This document shows positions 41,861 to 51,755 of a DNA stretch of 64,000 nucleotides, piece after piece. Position 1 is the first letter of the stretch, and every line of letters starts with the position of its first letter. A program made the position numbers and the translations under genes. The notes under the pieces are model-generated. The model was not told the origin of the DNA. It made no database searches and saw only the letters and a program-made list of their open reading frames with translations. Source of the stretch: an uncultured bacterium (GTDB taxonomy: Bacteria > Actinomycetota > Acidimicrobiia > Acidimicrobiales > VFJN01); contig CAVWNW010000022.1 in assembly GCA_963756425.1 (NCBI GenBank), positions 187,722 to 251,721 of the forward strand. The letters are read 5' to 3'.

Positions 41861-42775
41861 TTAGGCGGACAGCCCCGCGGCTGCCTGGGTGAGCTTGTCG
41901 GCTCCGTTCGCGGTGAGTTGCTCCACGGTGGTGACGAAGTTCGGATGTTCGAGACCGGAGACAAGGAAGGTCCACCGGTACGAGCGCCGCTGGTGGGTGC
42001 GGATCTCGTCCCGCTCGGTGTCGGTGTACGTCCGGCGCGTGGCTGCCTGTAGTGCGTCGATGTCGAGCTCGAGCTGTTGAGCCAGGAGCCCGTCGACGGC
42101 GCCGCCCAGCTCCAGCAGCTCGTCGACGGCCTTCTCGCGCTCGTCGGCACTGAGCTCGCTGGCGACCTCGTCGATGAGAAGGCTGTCCATCCGGGCGTGT
42201 CGGGACTCGTCGATCCAATGGAAGCGCAGGATGTCTCGGAACAGCTCGTCGAGCTCGTTCCGGTCGCGGACGTGTTCGACGTAGTGGAGTTGAGTGAACC
42301 ACTCGACCATGCTGGTGAGCAGCAGCGGGGTGAGCGGTGACGTACTGAGGACGGCGCCGGCGACTTCCTCGCGGCCGGGGACCAGGCCGCAGCTGGTGCC
42401 GAAACCCGCCTCGAACTGGTCACACGCCCGGCGGAGCATCTCCTGGTGCTTGACCTCCTCCTCGGCGAAGCGCAGGAGGGTCCACAGACGCGTCTCATCG
42501 CCGTACACGTCGCGGCGGGCGTGGTCGACGACCATCGGCACGATGTACTCCTCGACGAACGCGAAGATGTGGCAGTAGCTGTTGCCGCGGATTTGGTTCA
42601 GCATCCGCTTCTCGTCGTCGTTCAGGCAGCCGATGGCGCTGACACCGGCGATCCGGTCGGGCAGGAACGGCTTGGCGAAGTCGAAGTCGCGGCCCTGGAA
42701 GCAGTCGTCGACCGTCCAGGCGTTGCGCACCGAGCCTTCAAGGCAGGTCTCGTAGCTGTACTCGTGGGTCAACAT
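41861..42775 (-). CDS. Ferritin-like diiron protein (AurF-like fold)
   Basis: FVEE, EEEVKHQ, VEWFTQLHY, DESRHA (two ExxH motifs). Confidence 0.82.
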   Translation of the reverse strand: MLTHEYSYETCLEGSVRNAWTVDDCFQGRDFDFAKPFLPDRIAGVSAIGCLNDDEKRMLNQIRGNSYCHIFAFVEEYIVPMVVDHARRDVYGDETRLWTLLRFAEEEVKHQEMLRRACDQFEAGFGTSCGLVPGREEVAGAVLSTSPLTPLLLTSMVEWFTQLHYVEHVRDRNELDELFRDILRFHWIDESRHARMDSLLIDEVASELSADEREKAVDELLELGGAVDGLLAQQLELDIDALQAATRRTYTDTERDEIRTHQRRSYRWTFLVSGLEHPNFVTTVEQLTANGADKLTQAAAGLSA

Positions 42776-42827
42776 TGCTGGGTCCCCTTCCTGTGGGGGT
42801 GTGTGTTGGCTGGCTGTTTGGGCAGAT

Positions 42828-42847
42828 CGTTCGATCGATCGACCGAC
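42828..42847. promoter_or_regulatory. Second copy of the TetR operator, upstream of the diiron gene
   Basis: CGTTCGATCGATCGACCGAC matches 18/20 of 46525-46544. Confidence 0.7.
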
Positions 42848-42896
42848 TGGCCGTTGCTGTTGGCACTAGTGCGGATCGAGCCGTCATGGCGGGCGG

Positions 42897-45011
42897 TCAG
42901 ACGAGCTCGGCGATGAGCCGGGCCGCTCGGGCCGCGCCCGCGGTCTCGACGTCGCGGTAGGCGACCGCCTGACCGATGTGGTCGCGGACGGCCGCCGCGA
43001 TGAGGTCGGGATCGCTCGTTGCGTAGTCCATGCACCGGCCGGCGCCATACCGGTCCAAGCGGTGCCGGACGTGGAAGTTCTGCTCGAAGTGATGCCTCAG
43101 CGGGAAGTAGAGGAACGGTCGCTTCGCCGCGGCAAGCTCCATCGTCGTCGTCAGCCCGCCCTGAACGACGGCCAGGTCGCAGACCGACAGGTGCCGGTAC
43201 AGGCGGTTGACGTAGCCGTGGACCTCCAGATCGGCGTAGCTCGGAAGGCTGCCGGGATCGATGCGGGGCCCGGCGACGACCACCATCCGTAGCTCCGGAA
43301 CGAGCCGCTTGGCCAGTGGGTACGCGGCGATGACCTTCTCGAGCAGCGCTCGCCCAACGCCGCTGCCACCCACGGCCACCAAGCAGACCCGCTCGTCGTC
43401 GTGGTACCCGAGCTCGGCCCGGATTGCCGGGACCTCGTCGGGATCGGGTGGTGTGAAGCCGGTGATGTACCCCGAGAACGAGAAGTGCGCCTCGGTCCAG
43501 TCGCGGATGCTCGGCAGGTCGGCCCCGAAGGTGTCCGGGACGATGTCGTCGGGGTTTCCGACGAAGATGGCGGAGTCCCGGATGCGGGGGTAGCGGGCGA
43601 TGTGCTCGATCATCTCGGCGTTGTAATCCGCGGTCAGGAACGCCTCGTGCTCGCCGCCGTCCGGCATCGGCAGATAGCCGACGAAGTCGGTCAGCCACAC
43701 GTGGTCACCCCGCTTGAGCTCGGGGTTCTCGTGCCAGAAGTGATCGACGTCCCAGGCTTCGTCCCCGATGACCAGGTCGTACAGCCCCTCCTCCACGACC
43801 TCCTGGAACACCATGAAGTTGGCCACCAGGATCTCGTCCATCCGTCGGAGCGCCTGGAAGCAGTGCAGGTCGTGCTCGCAGGCCTCCGACGCGATGTGCG
43901 CGGACTCGTTGGCCAGCCAGGCGCTGGCCGGGTGGATGCGCTCGCCCTCGGCCTCGAGGACGCTCGTCACGGGATGCTGGGCCAGCCAGTCGACATCCAG
44001 CTCGGGATGGAGTCGCTTCAGCTCCTTGACCACGGCGACGTCGCGGCGGGCATGACCGAGCCCGATCGGCGATGAGAGGTACAACGCCCGCTTGGGCCTG
44101 CGCAGGCCGCGTGTCCAGACCTGTCTGCGCATGGGTTCCCCCTCGATGCGGTCGACGAATTCCTTGACCAGCCGGTTGACCTTGACCGGCTCGCGGCCCT
44201 GGGGCAGGTGGCCCGCACCCTCCAGCACCACGAGATCGCCCCCGGTCAGCTCCGCCAGTCGCTGGCCCCTCGCCACCGGTTGGCACTGGTCCTCGGTGCC
44301 GTGGATGACGAGGGTGGGACACCGAACGCTCCGGCACAGCGCCTCGGCCGCGTCCCGGTCATTCGGTGCGTTCCGGCCTTCACGCTCGGCGATCATCGTC
44401 TCGGGATCGGTCTCGAGGGCCCACGAAACCGCATCCTCGTACTGCTTGGTGGAGTGTGGCTCCGGCAGTAGTTGGTGAAAGAAGAACCTCGGCCAGGCGG
44501 GGTAGTCCTGCCGCCAAAAGTGGCGGTTGCACAGTCCCCACCCCGTTGGGTTCTCGACCTCGTCCGTCCAGCGCTCGGTCGGCTCCGCCCAGTGCTCGTC
44601 GCGCGGAGCAAGCGCGATGGCCGGTGCGATGGCGACGACACCCGACACCCGGTCGGCGTGATCGGCGGCCAGTTGCAGGGCCCACGGCACGGCGTGGCAA
44701 TGGGCGACGACAACCGCCCGGGTCAGGTCGACGGCGTCGAGGATTGCGAGCTGATCCGTGAGCATCTCGGCCGGCCCGTAAGCCGCGCGGCCGGCGGGCC
44801 GGTCTGATCGGCCGTTCCCGCGTGGGTCGGCCGTGACGACGGTGAAGTGGCGGGAAAGGAAGGGGACGAGGCCCTTCCAGGACCGGGCGTGGCTGATAGG
44901 CGCGGCCGGGATGAGCAGCAGCCCGGGCTCGCGCGCCCCGGCAACCTCGTAGGCCACCTTCACGCCGTCGCGCTCGACGACGTCCGTCCGGTCGGGTTGG
45001 CGCGCTCTCAT
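42897..45011 (-). CDS. Alpha/beta-hydrolase fused to a GT-B glycosyltransferase (GT28-C-like)
   Basis: N-terminal DPRGNGRSDRP...GAGHLP; C-terminal SSPIGLGHARRD, VAVGGSGVG, QGGLTTTMEL, HFEQ. Confidence 0.87.
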   Translation of the reverse strand: MRARQPDRTDVVERDGVKVAYEVAGAREPGLLLIPAAPISHARSWKGLVPFLSRHFTVVTADPRGNGRSDRPAGRAAYGPAEMLTDQLAILDAVDLTRAVVVAHCHAVPWALQLAADHADRVSGVVAIAPAIALAPRDEHWAEPTERWTDEVENPTGWGLCNRHFWRQDYPAWPRFFFHQLLPEPHSTKQYEDAVSWALETDPETMIAEREGRNAPNDRDAAEALCRSVRCPTLVIHGTEDQCQPVARGQRLAELTGGDLVVLEGAGHLPQGREPVKVNRLVKEFVDRIEGEPMRRQVWTRGLRRPKRALYLSSPIGLGHARRDVAVVKELKRLHPELDVDWLAQHPVTSVLEAEGERIHPASAWLANESAHIASEACEHDLHCFQALRRMDEILVANFMVFQEVVEEGLYDLVIGDEAWDVDHFWHENPELKRGDHVWLTDFVGYLPMPDGGEHEAFLTADYNAEMIEHIARYPRIRDSAIFVGNPDDIVPDTFGADLPSIRDWTEAHFSFSGYITGFTPPDPDEVPAIRAELGYHDDERVCLVAVGGSGVGRALLEKVIAAYPLAKRLVPELRMVVVAGPRIDPGSLPSYADLEVHGYVNRLYRHLSVCDLAVVQGGLTTTMELAAAKRPFLYFPLRHHFEQNFHVRHRLDRYGAGRCMDYATSDPDLIAAAVRDHIGQAVAYRDVETAGAARAARLIAELV

Positions 45012-45880
45012 CGCCGGGTCCCCTCGACGAACTGCCGGATCAGCAGGTTGAGCCGGACAGGGTCGCGGGTGTGCGGGAAGTGCCCGGACCCCTCGAGCGT
45101 TACGAGGGCCCCGCAGGTGCGTTCGGCCAGGGACACACCCCCGGCATGGGCGCGGAGGACGTCGTCGGACCCCTGGATCACCAGCACCGGACACCGGACC
45201 TTCGCAGCGAGTCGACCGATCGCTTGGGGGGTGCAGTCATCGAGGCCGTAGTTGGTCGCGATCAACGTCGCCGGGTCGGTCTCCAGCGCCCAATGCACCG
45301 CGTCCTCGTACTGCTTGGTCGAGTGCTCCTCGGTGAACATCTGGCCCACGAAGAACTCGACGAAGTCCCGGTAGTCGGCCTTCCAGTGGTGGGCGTTGTA
45401 CTTCTCCCAGCCCACGGGCTCATCGACCACCTCGTCGAACCGCTGGAGCACCACCGCGCGCTCGAGCGGCGGGGGCGCGAACGGGACCCCGGGAGCGATG
45501 AAGATCGCGCCGAGCACGCGGTTTGGATGTTCGGCGCACAGATGCAGGGACCAGAGGGCGCCGCGCGAGACGCTGACGAGGACCGCGCGTTCAGTCTCCG
45601 TGGCGTCCATGACCGCCAACGCATCGGCGGCGAACTCAGCAGCACCGTACGAGGCGGGCCTGGCCGGCCGGTCCGACCGCCCGCTTCCCCGCCCGTCGAA
45701 GGTCAACACGGTGTAGTGCCGTGCTAGGTAGGGGACCTGCATCTTCCAGTGGCGCGAGTGCACCAGCGACCAGGTCGGTAGGAGCACGAGCGTGGGCGAC
45801 GCGTCGCCGTAGCGCGCGTAGTGCACGGTGACCCCGTCGCGGGTGACCGATGCCTCAACGTCGGCGGCGACGGCCCGCAT
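45008..45880 (-). CDS. Alpha/beta hydrolase
   Basis: LLPTWSLVHSRHWKMQVPYL, FDGRGSGRSDRP, VSVSRG, GSDD, GSGHFP. Confidence 0.9.
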   Translation of the reverse strand: MRAVAADVEASVTRDGVTVHYARYGDASPTLVLLPTWSLVHSRHWKMQVPYLARHYTVLTFDGRGSGRSDRPARPASYGAAEFAADALAVMDATETERAVLVSVSRGALWSLHLCAEHPNRVLGAIFIAPGVPFAPPPLERAVVLQRFDEVVDEPVGWEKYNAHHWKADYRDFVEFFVGQMFTEEHSTKQYEDAVHWALETDPATLIATNYGLDDCTPQAIGRLAAKVRCPVLVIQGSDDVLRAHAGGVSLAERTCGALVTLEGSGHFPHTRDPVRLNLLIRQFVEGTRR

Positions 45881-46496
45881 CCTGGCCACCTCCCTCCTTG
45901 TCGCCGTCCTGGCCCTCTTCGAGTGCCCGCAGGACATGGCCAACCTTGCGCAGGGCCGAGCGCGCCGCGATCACGGTGTCGTCCAGACCGAGCAGGATCA
46001 CGGTTTCCGCGCCCAGGAACGGAAGTCCCGCCAGGGCTCCCACCTCCTCGGGTGTGAACGGACCCAGGTTGCCGAAGCGTTCCTCGGCGCGGCGTGCGAC
46101 GTCGGCCAGGAGGTCGAACCAGCCACGTATGTCCTGGCCAACCGGGCGTGCGATCTCGGCGTCGGACCACCCCGCCGAGACCATCTCCTGCAGCACCCGG
46201 ACGTAGCCGGACTCCAGGTCGTCGTCGAGGAAGTCGCACGCCTGCTCCCACTGCTTCCACAGCGGCATGTCCGAGCCGTACATCGTTACCTGCCGGCCGA
46301 GGAGCCGACGGTTCTCCTGCTCGAGGAGCTCAAGGACGAGCTTCTGCTTGGACCCGAAGTGGTAGTGGATCTGGCTGAGCGGGACGCCAGCGGTCTCGGC
46401 GATCACCCGTGTCGACAACCTGGCATATCCCACATGGAGCAGGCTGGTCTTGGCTGCCGCCAGGATCCTGGTTCTCGTCTCGGGCTCACCTGCCAA
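45855..46496 (-). CDS. TetR-family regulator
   Basis: TRTRILAAAKTSLLHVGYARLSTRVIAETAGVPLSQIHYHFGSKQKL; start approximate. Confidence 0.9.
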   Translation of the reverse strand: MAGEPETRTRILAAAKTSLLHVGYARLSTRVIAETAGVPLSQIHYHFGSKQKLVLELLEQENRRLLGRQVTMYGSDMPLWKQWEQACDFLDDDLESGYVRVLQEMVSAGWSDAEIARPVGQDIRGWFDLLADVARRAEERFGNLGPFTPEEVGALAGLPFLGAETVILLGLDDTVIAARSALRKVGHVLRALEEGQDGDKEGGGQDAGRRRRR

Positions 46497-46525
46497 GGGG
46501 ACGCTGCCCTCCGCTCGCCGCCATC

Positions 46526-46545
46526 GTTCGGTCGATCGACCGAAC
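46526..46545. promoter_or_regulatory. Perfect 20-bp palindrome, putative TetR operator
   Basis: GTTCGGTCGATCGACCGAAC immediately upstream of tetR. Confidence 0.8.
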
Positions 46546-46680
46546 ACGAGCGTGCGCCGACCAGCGCCACTTGTCAAGACTCCTGGGGGATGGGGTGTCG
46601 CCTATCCGTCGTTTGAGTCACGACTATCCCGTGCGCGTGCTACCTACGCGGCCGCGCCCCGGGTTCTCGACGCAGGTGGT

Positions 46681-47328
46681 TCAGGTACCCGCACGGGTGA
46701 AGGTCACATGCGTGACGCCGCTGGGCGAGGAGGTGGCTTCGACCTCGTAGTCCTTCTCGAGGCCCTCCAGTCCGTCCCAGAGGCGCACGCCTCGGCCGAG
46801 CAGGATCGGGACCACCACGAAGTGCATGTGGTCCACGAGCCCGGCAGCAAGGAACTCGCGGATCATGGTGGGACCCCCGCCGATGCGTACGTCCAGGCCA
46901 CCGGCAGCCTCGCTGGCCGTCTCGAGCGCCTCGGCAGGCGAAGCTTCGATGAAGTGGAACGTCGTACCGCCCTCCATTTCGATCGACGGGCGCGGGTGAT
47001 GGGTGAGGATGAATGTCGGTGTGTGGAACGGCGGGTTGGGACCCCACCAGCCCTTCCACTCCGGGTCCTCGTGCCATCCGGGCGGTCCGAACTTCCCGGC
47101 ACCCATGATCTCGGCGCCGATCCCAGCAGCGAACGGCCGCAAGAAGGCGTCGTCGACGCCGCCGGTGCCGCCGGGCTGGCCGTCCCTTTCGTGCCACCAC
47201 CGGGTGACGAACATCCACTCGTGCAGCCGTTCGCCGGCGTGACCGAACGGTGTGTCGTGGCTCTGACCTTCACCGGTGGCGAACCCGTCGAGTGAGATGG
47301 AGATCTGCTGGACGCGGACGAGTGACAT
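46681..47328 (-). CDS. Dihydrofolate reductase/RibD-C family protein
   Basis: ISISLDGF, IMGAGKF, DVRIGGG, VVPILLGRGVRLW. Confidence 0.9.
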   Translation of the reverse strand: MSLVRVQQISISLDGFATGEGQSHDTPFGHAGERLHEWMFVTRWWHERDGQPGGTGGVDDAFLRPFAAGIGAEIMGAGKFGPPGWHEDPEWKGWWGPNPPFHTPTFILTHHPRPSIEMEGGTTFHFIEASPAEALETASEAAGGLDVRIGGGPTMIREFLAAGLVDHMHFVVVPILLGRGVRLWDGLEGLEKDYEVEATSSPSGVTHVTFTRAGT

Positions 47329-47597
47329 GGCTGGTGCTCCTTCGGTACTCACGGGTCAGTTCTCGTAGGCGGTGCGGAAACGGAGGTTGGTCGCGGCATT
47401 CGGGTCATGGCCGACCCAGGTTCTGCAGGTTGCGCGTGGGTCCATCGGCCCGGCCTAGCAGCCGTCGAGCGAGATGGACATCTGTGCTGTCACCTTTGGT
47501 CATGCCCCTGAGTCGGAGCCACCGACGCGTTCTCGACAGAGCGGCGCCGTCCTAGGCACCCGAAGGCGGGGCGATCGAGACCAACCTTGCTTCAGGC

Positions 47598-48324
47598 TCA
47601 GGATTCCTCGACGAGGTCGCTCGCTGGGAGCGGGTAGCGGCTGAGGACGCCGGTCATCGCGTCGACATCGCCTATCCAGTCCATCGCGCGGAGTGGTGCT
47701 CGCTGCGGCGGCCCCCGAGCGCTCGGAACAGTTGGTACCGGGACGCCTTCAGCGCCGCTACCTCGCTGCCCGTGCCAAGTGTCCACCGCTGCTGGGGCGA
47801 GTCGCTCGTCTCCACGACCAGACCGCCGACGTCCTGCGCGACGAGATTGCCGTGGCAGGACCGGAGGTAGAAGTCGAGGCCCACGACGAGCGCTTCGTGA
47901 TCGTCGATTCGCGCCAGACCGAGAGCGTGATGGATATCCGATGCGTGGTGCAGGAGATCGCCGACGAAGTGGCTGCCAACGTCGTAGCCCATCAGCCGCA
48001 GGCCTACCTCGAAGATCTCCGCCTCCCGCTGCCATTCGACGTCGAGGTCGTCAAGCGTGGCCTGTTGCCGCTCGTGCACCTGGCGTGCCGTCCATTCGTC
48101 GGGATCGGTGACGTCAAAGCGCTGGGCGTTCAGATCGCCGGCGATCCCGACGACGTGGGCCACGGCATCGCGCACCGACCACGCCGGCGTCGCCGGCACG
48201 ACGGTCTCTAGCCGACGACTGTCGAGTGAACGAAGCGTTGCGATCAGTCGTCGTCGAAGGCGCTGATAGATGAGTCCGCAGTCGACCTCCCGCTCCACGA
48301 TCACCGGACCATTCTCGCGGCTCA
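47598..48324 (-). CDS. Mycothiol-dependent maleylpyruvate isomerase-family protein, frameshift near 47695
   Basis: VPATPAWSVRDAVAHVVG, WTARQV, HASDIHHALG, GRRS; C-terminus in a second frame; start approximate. Confidence 0.78.
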
Positions 48325-48624
48325 CGCCACCCCGCGACCGGGGTGGCCGACGCGGTCCCCCTACCCGGCCAGGTCGTGAACCGGTTCGGTCAGCCACTGT
48401 CTGGAATCTGTGTGAATCCACCGTCGAGGACGTCCGTGACCGACACCCAGTCCTGGACAGGCGCTGCGTCCTGGTCTTCCAGGTTTGTCGCTCTCATGTC
48501 GTTTGTAGACGCCGAGCAAACCCGAGTTCATCCGTCCGACCCGACCCTGGTCGTGGCTCCAGTCGATCGCCGCACGGAGCAACCGGTTGTCGCCGTCGCC
48601 TTGGTGCGGGAGGCTCCAGGGACG

Positions 48625-49305
48625 ATGGCGACGTTCGCGTTCATCCACGGCGGCGGAGACGTCGGCTGGTACTGGCACCTCGTGGAGAAGGAGCTGCGTG
48701 CCCGGGGACACGAGACCGTTGCGCCCGATCTGCCGTGTGACGACGACTCGGCCACGCTGTCCGATTACGCCGACACCGTGGTGCGCGCCGTCGACGGCCG
48801 GCGCGACCTCGTAGTAGTCGCCCAGTCGTACGGCGGCTTCACGGCACCGTTGGTCGCCGACCGCGTGCCGGTCGATGCGCTCGTCCTGGTCACGGCCATG
48901 ATCCCTGCACCCGGTGAGAAGCCGGTCGACTGGTGGACCAACACCCGCCACGGCGACGCTGTCCGAGAGCAAGCGGAGCGCGACGGTGGCCTCACCGGCA
49001 ACGACGACCCGTTCGTCGCGTTCTATCACGACGTGCCCCGCGCGCTCGCCGAGGAGGCGATGAGCAAGGAGCGGGGTGAATCGGAGGCGGCCTACAACAC
49101 CCCGTGGCCCCTCGACGGATTGCCGGCGGTGCCGACGAGGTTCGTGCTGTGCATGCAGGACCGGTTCTTCCCCGAGGCGTTCATGCGACGCGTGGTCGCC
49201 GAACGTCTCGGCGTCGTTCCCGACGAGATCACGGCCGGTCACTGCGTCGCTCTCAGCCGCCCTCGAGAGCTGGCGGACCTTCTGGTCGGAGATTCGGTCT
49301 TCTAG
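48625..49305 (+). CDS. Alpha/beta hydrolase (esterase-like)
   Basis: FIHGGGDVGWYW, AQSYGG, DRFFP, AGHC. Confidence 0.9.
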   Translation: MATFAFIHGGGDVGWYWHLVEKELRARGHETVAPDLPCDDDSATLSDYADTVVRAVDGRRDLVVVAQSYGGFTAPLVADRVPVDALVLVTAMIPAPGEKPVDWWTNTRHGDAVREQAERDGGLTGNDDPFVAFYHDVPRALAEEAMSKERGESEAAYNTPWPLDGLPAVPTRFVLCMQDRFFPEAFMRRVVAERLGVVPDEITAGHCVALSRPRELADLLVGDSVF

Positions 49306-49315
49306 CACGACCACG

Positions 49316-49445
49316 CACCGGATCGCACTCAGGTGCAACGCACGGGTGCTGGTCGCACCTACGTTGAGCATCGCCTGGCTACTGGCGACACCGAGACCGA
49401 GGCGGTCCGAGCACTTCGCCGACGCATCTCCGACGAGGTCGTTCT
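49316..49445 (+). mobile_element. IS110-family transposase C-terminal remnant
   Basis: HRIA..Q..GAGRTYVEHRLATGDTETEAVRALRRRISDEV resembles the IS110 C-terminus; rest of the gene absent. Confidence 0.65.
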
Positions 49446-49597
49446 GAACTGCGGGTGCCCGGTGAGCCGGCGGACCTGGATTGTCACCCCCCTTTGGGGT
49501 GCGCGCGAGTCGACCAGCTCGAGCGCTCGATCCAGGCGGGTGTCAGGGAACAGCCCCGCACCGGTCGTGCAAGAGGCCCCGGGGTTATCCCGTCGTG

Positions 49598-50560
49598 CTA
49601 CGTGGGTGTGGGTGCTGGCGGCGGAGGGGCCGGCGGCGTCCGCAGCGGTTCCCCAGACTCATCAGCGACCACGTCACGCCGGCGAGCGTGGCGACCCGCC
49701 ACGGCGATCGCACCCAGACCCACGACGACTGCGGCCAGCGACACCAGCCAGCCCAGGACGGGGACCAGGGCGACCACCCGCAGGATCCCCCAGCCCACCA
49801 GGAAGGCGACGATCGGTGAGGCCCGACTGACGACGCGGCGACCGAGGATCCACGCCCCGGTCGTGTACCCGATGCCGTAGATCAGCCCGAGAGCGAGCAG
49901 CAGACCGATCCCGAGGGGAAGCCCGACGAGGGTGACGATGGCAATGGCGGCGACGATGGGCAGACCGATCAACAGGACCAGTCCCCACAGGACCACCGGC
50001 CCCATGCCGCGGGCGGCGGCACCGTCGACCGCGACAGCGGCTCGGGGCGCAAGCAGGCCCAGCACGAGACCCAGGATCAGGCTCGAGACGGTGAACGCCA
50101 GCCACACGGCGAGCCAGCCCACCACCGAGGTCGCATTGCTCCACGCCCGCGGGTTCCAGCGCTCCCACGACCCATCGAGGCGGCCGTCGCCCTCTATGAC
50201 CGGCCGGTGCCGGGATACGACATCGCCTTCGATCCGCCCGCCGTCGGCAACGGTCACCGTGCCGTCGGCGGCGACGACATCGTCGCGGGCGGTGCCCCTT
50301 ATGAGGACGTCGCCGTTGAAGGCGACGAGTGCATCATCCACCGTGCCGTCGACGACCACGGGACCGTCGAAGATGATGACGTTGTCAACCGTCTCGCCCG
50401 CTCGGACCTCGGCCCGACCGGTGAACACGACGATGTTGTCGGGCTCCTCTTCGGCCTGCGCGCCGGCCGCCGGCGCCGCCGCCGTAAGAACGGATAGCGC
50501 GAGGAGCAAGGCGATGGACGCACGAACGACGGAGCGCATGGGCCACCTCCTGTCGGCCAT
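49598..50560 (-). CDS. Membrane protein with N-terminal beta-helix (bactofilin/polymer-forming-like) region
   Basis: Signal peptide, repeated V-x-G-x-V-x-x-D strands, then 5-6 TM helices and a Pro-rich tail. Confidence 0.75.
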   Translation of the reverse strand: MADRRWPMRSVVRASIALLLALSVLTAAAPAAGAQAEEEPDNIVVFTGRAEVRAGETVDNVIIFDGPVVVDGTVDDALVAFNGDVLIRGTARDDVVAADGTVTVADGGRIEGDVVSRHRPVIEGDGRLDGSWERWNPRAWSNATSVVGWLAVWLAFTVSSLILGLVLGLLAPRAAVAVDGAAARGMGPVVLWGLVLLIGLPIVAAIAIVTLVGLPLGIGLLLALGLIYGIGYTTGAWILGRRVVSRASPIVAFLVGWGILRVVALVPVLGWLVSLAAVVVGLGAIAVAGRHARRRDVVADESGEPLRTPPAPPPPAPTPT

Positions 50561-50756
50561 GATCGCGGACCCACGGGCTCAGGAGAAGCGCTGCGTCGTC
50601 GTGGACGGCACCGATCGCGACTGTGACCTCGTGGTTTCAACGTCGGCGCAGCGGCTGACGCTGGATCGACAGGCCTAGTCCTCGCGATCACCTTCGTCAA
50701 CGCCGTCCTGTTCGAACAGGCCCGGTGACTGCGCGGCGCCCTCGCGGCGCTGGTCG

Positions 50757-51059
50757 TCAGGCACCCAGGAGGTGAGCCCGGAGTCCGGTGCGGTCTATGA
50801 GATGCCGAACCACGGACGAGGGGCTTACACGGAACCGCACTCCTGCGTCGTTGGCCGCGGCACGGGCACGCAGCAACGACCTCAATCCTGAAGAGTCCAT
50901 GAACGTCAGGCCCCGGGCATCGACGACAAGCGATCCCGCACCCGCCTGCTTGCGAAGCCCTGCCGCGACACGTGCCAGGAACCACTCGGTGCCACTCATG
51001 TCGAGCTCACCATCAAGCGTGATAACGGTTTCAGTGCTGTCGCCTGGGGTGTCGGACAT
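50757..51059 (-). CDS. STAS-domain anti-sigma factor antagonist
   Basis: LDGELDM, DARGLTFMDSSGLRSL. Confidence 0.88.
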   Translation of the reverse strand: MSDTPGDSTETVITLDGELDMSGTEWFLARVAAGLRKQAGAGSLVVDARGLTFMDSSGLRSLLRARAAANDAGVRFRVSPSSVVRHLIDRTGLRAHLLGA

Positions 51060-51292
51060 AGGTCAGCTCGAGCGCCAACGCTCAACGTTCTGCGGCCTGC
51101 TAGATCTGCCCACAGCGCACCCCGGCAAACGACCAATGCGACCGGCCGCGCCCGTGTCAGTCCTCAGATAGCAGATCCTCGAGCCCCGTGATCTCTGTTG
51201 TCCGCTGAAGCTCGGGCGACGGTTCCCTGACAGCGACCCCGACACCCGCCTCGAAGGCCGCCCCATGGGTATCGCGCCGGGGGCCTACCCGG

Positions 51293-51550
51293 TCAATCGG
51301 CCGGGTCGGGGCGTGGTGCCGCACCCGTTGCAGTGAGCGCATCGCACCGCGGGCAATGGGACGGCCGGCCCAAGAACTCCTCGCCCATCGGCGTGAGGCC
51401 TTCGAGTGGCCGACCGCAGGCGGTGTCCGGCTCGCCTTCAAGGTAGGCGTGGAACCACTTCGCCTGTCCAGCCCCGGCTCCGCGCCACTGCTGGCCCGCT
51501 CTCACAGTCGTCGAGGTCCTCGTCTCTGCCGCTGCCAGCCAAGTCGTCAC
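51293..51550 (-). CDS. Small putative zinc-binding protein
   Basis: WFHAY...TACG...CPRC (H/C/C/C pattern). Confidence 0.5.
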   Translation of the reverse strand: MTTWLAAAETRTSTTVRAGQQWRGAGAGQAKWFHAYLEGEPDTACGRPLEGLTPMGEEFLGRPSHCPRCDALTATGAAPRPDPAD

Positions 51551-51755
51551 TGCGACAAGTGTGCGCCGGACGGCCGGGATGTGGCCACCCCAGACTCCAC
51601 GTATGTGCCGCTCGTCAAGGTGATGGGAAGGTTTCGCCTCTGTCCTCGAGCGAACGCGCGATCAGTCGGCGGCGATGGCCTCGTTGGTCGGGAGCGAGAA
51701 TTACGATCCCCCCAGAGGCCGCAGAAGCCTTGGGGGGTCCGGAAGAGAGCCAGCG

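Noticed and set aside
49541-51232. 11-bp inverted pair TGTCAGGGAAC (49541-51 and 51222-32) as transposon ends
   Set aside because: Short, no target duplication or matching transposase seen; may be chance or regulator sites
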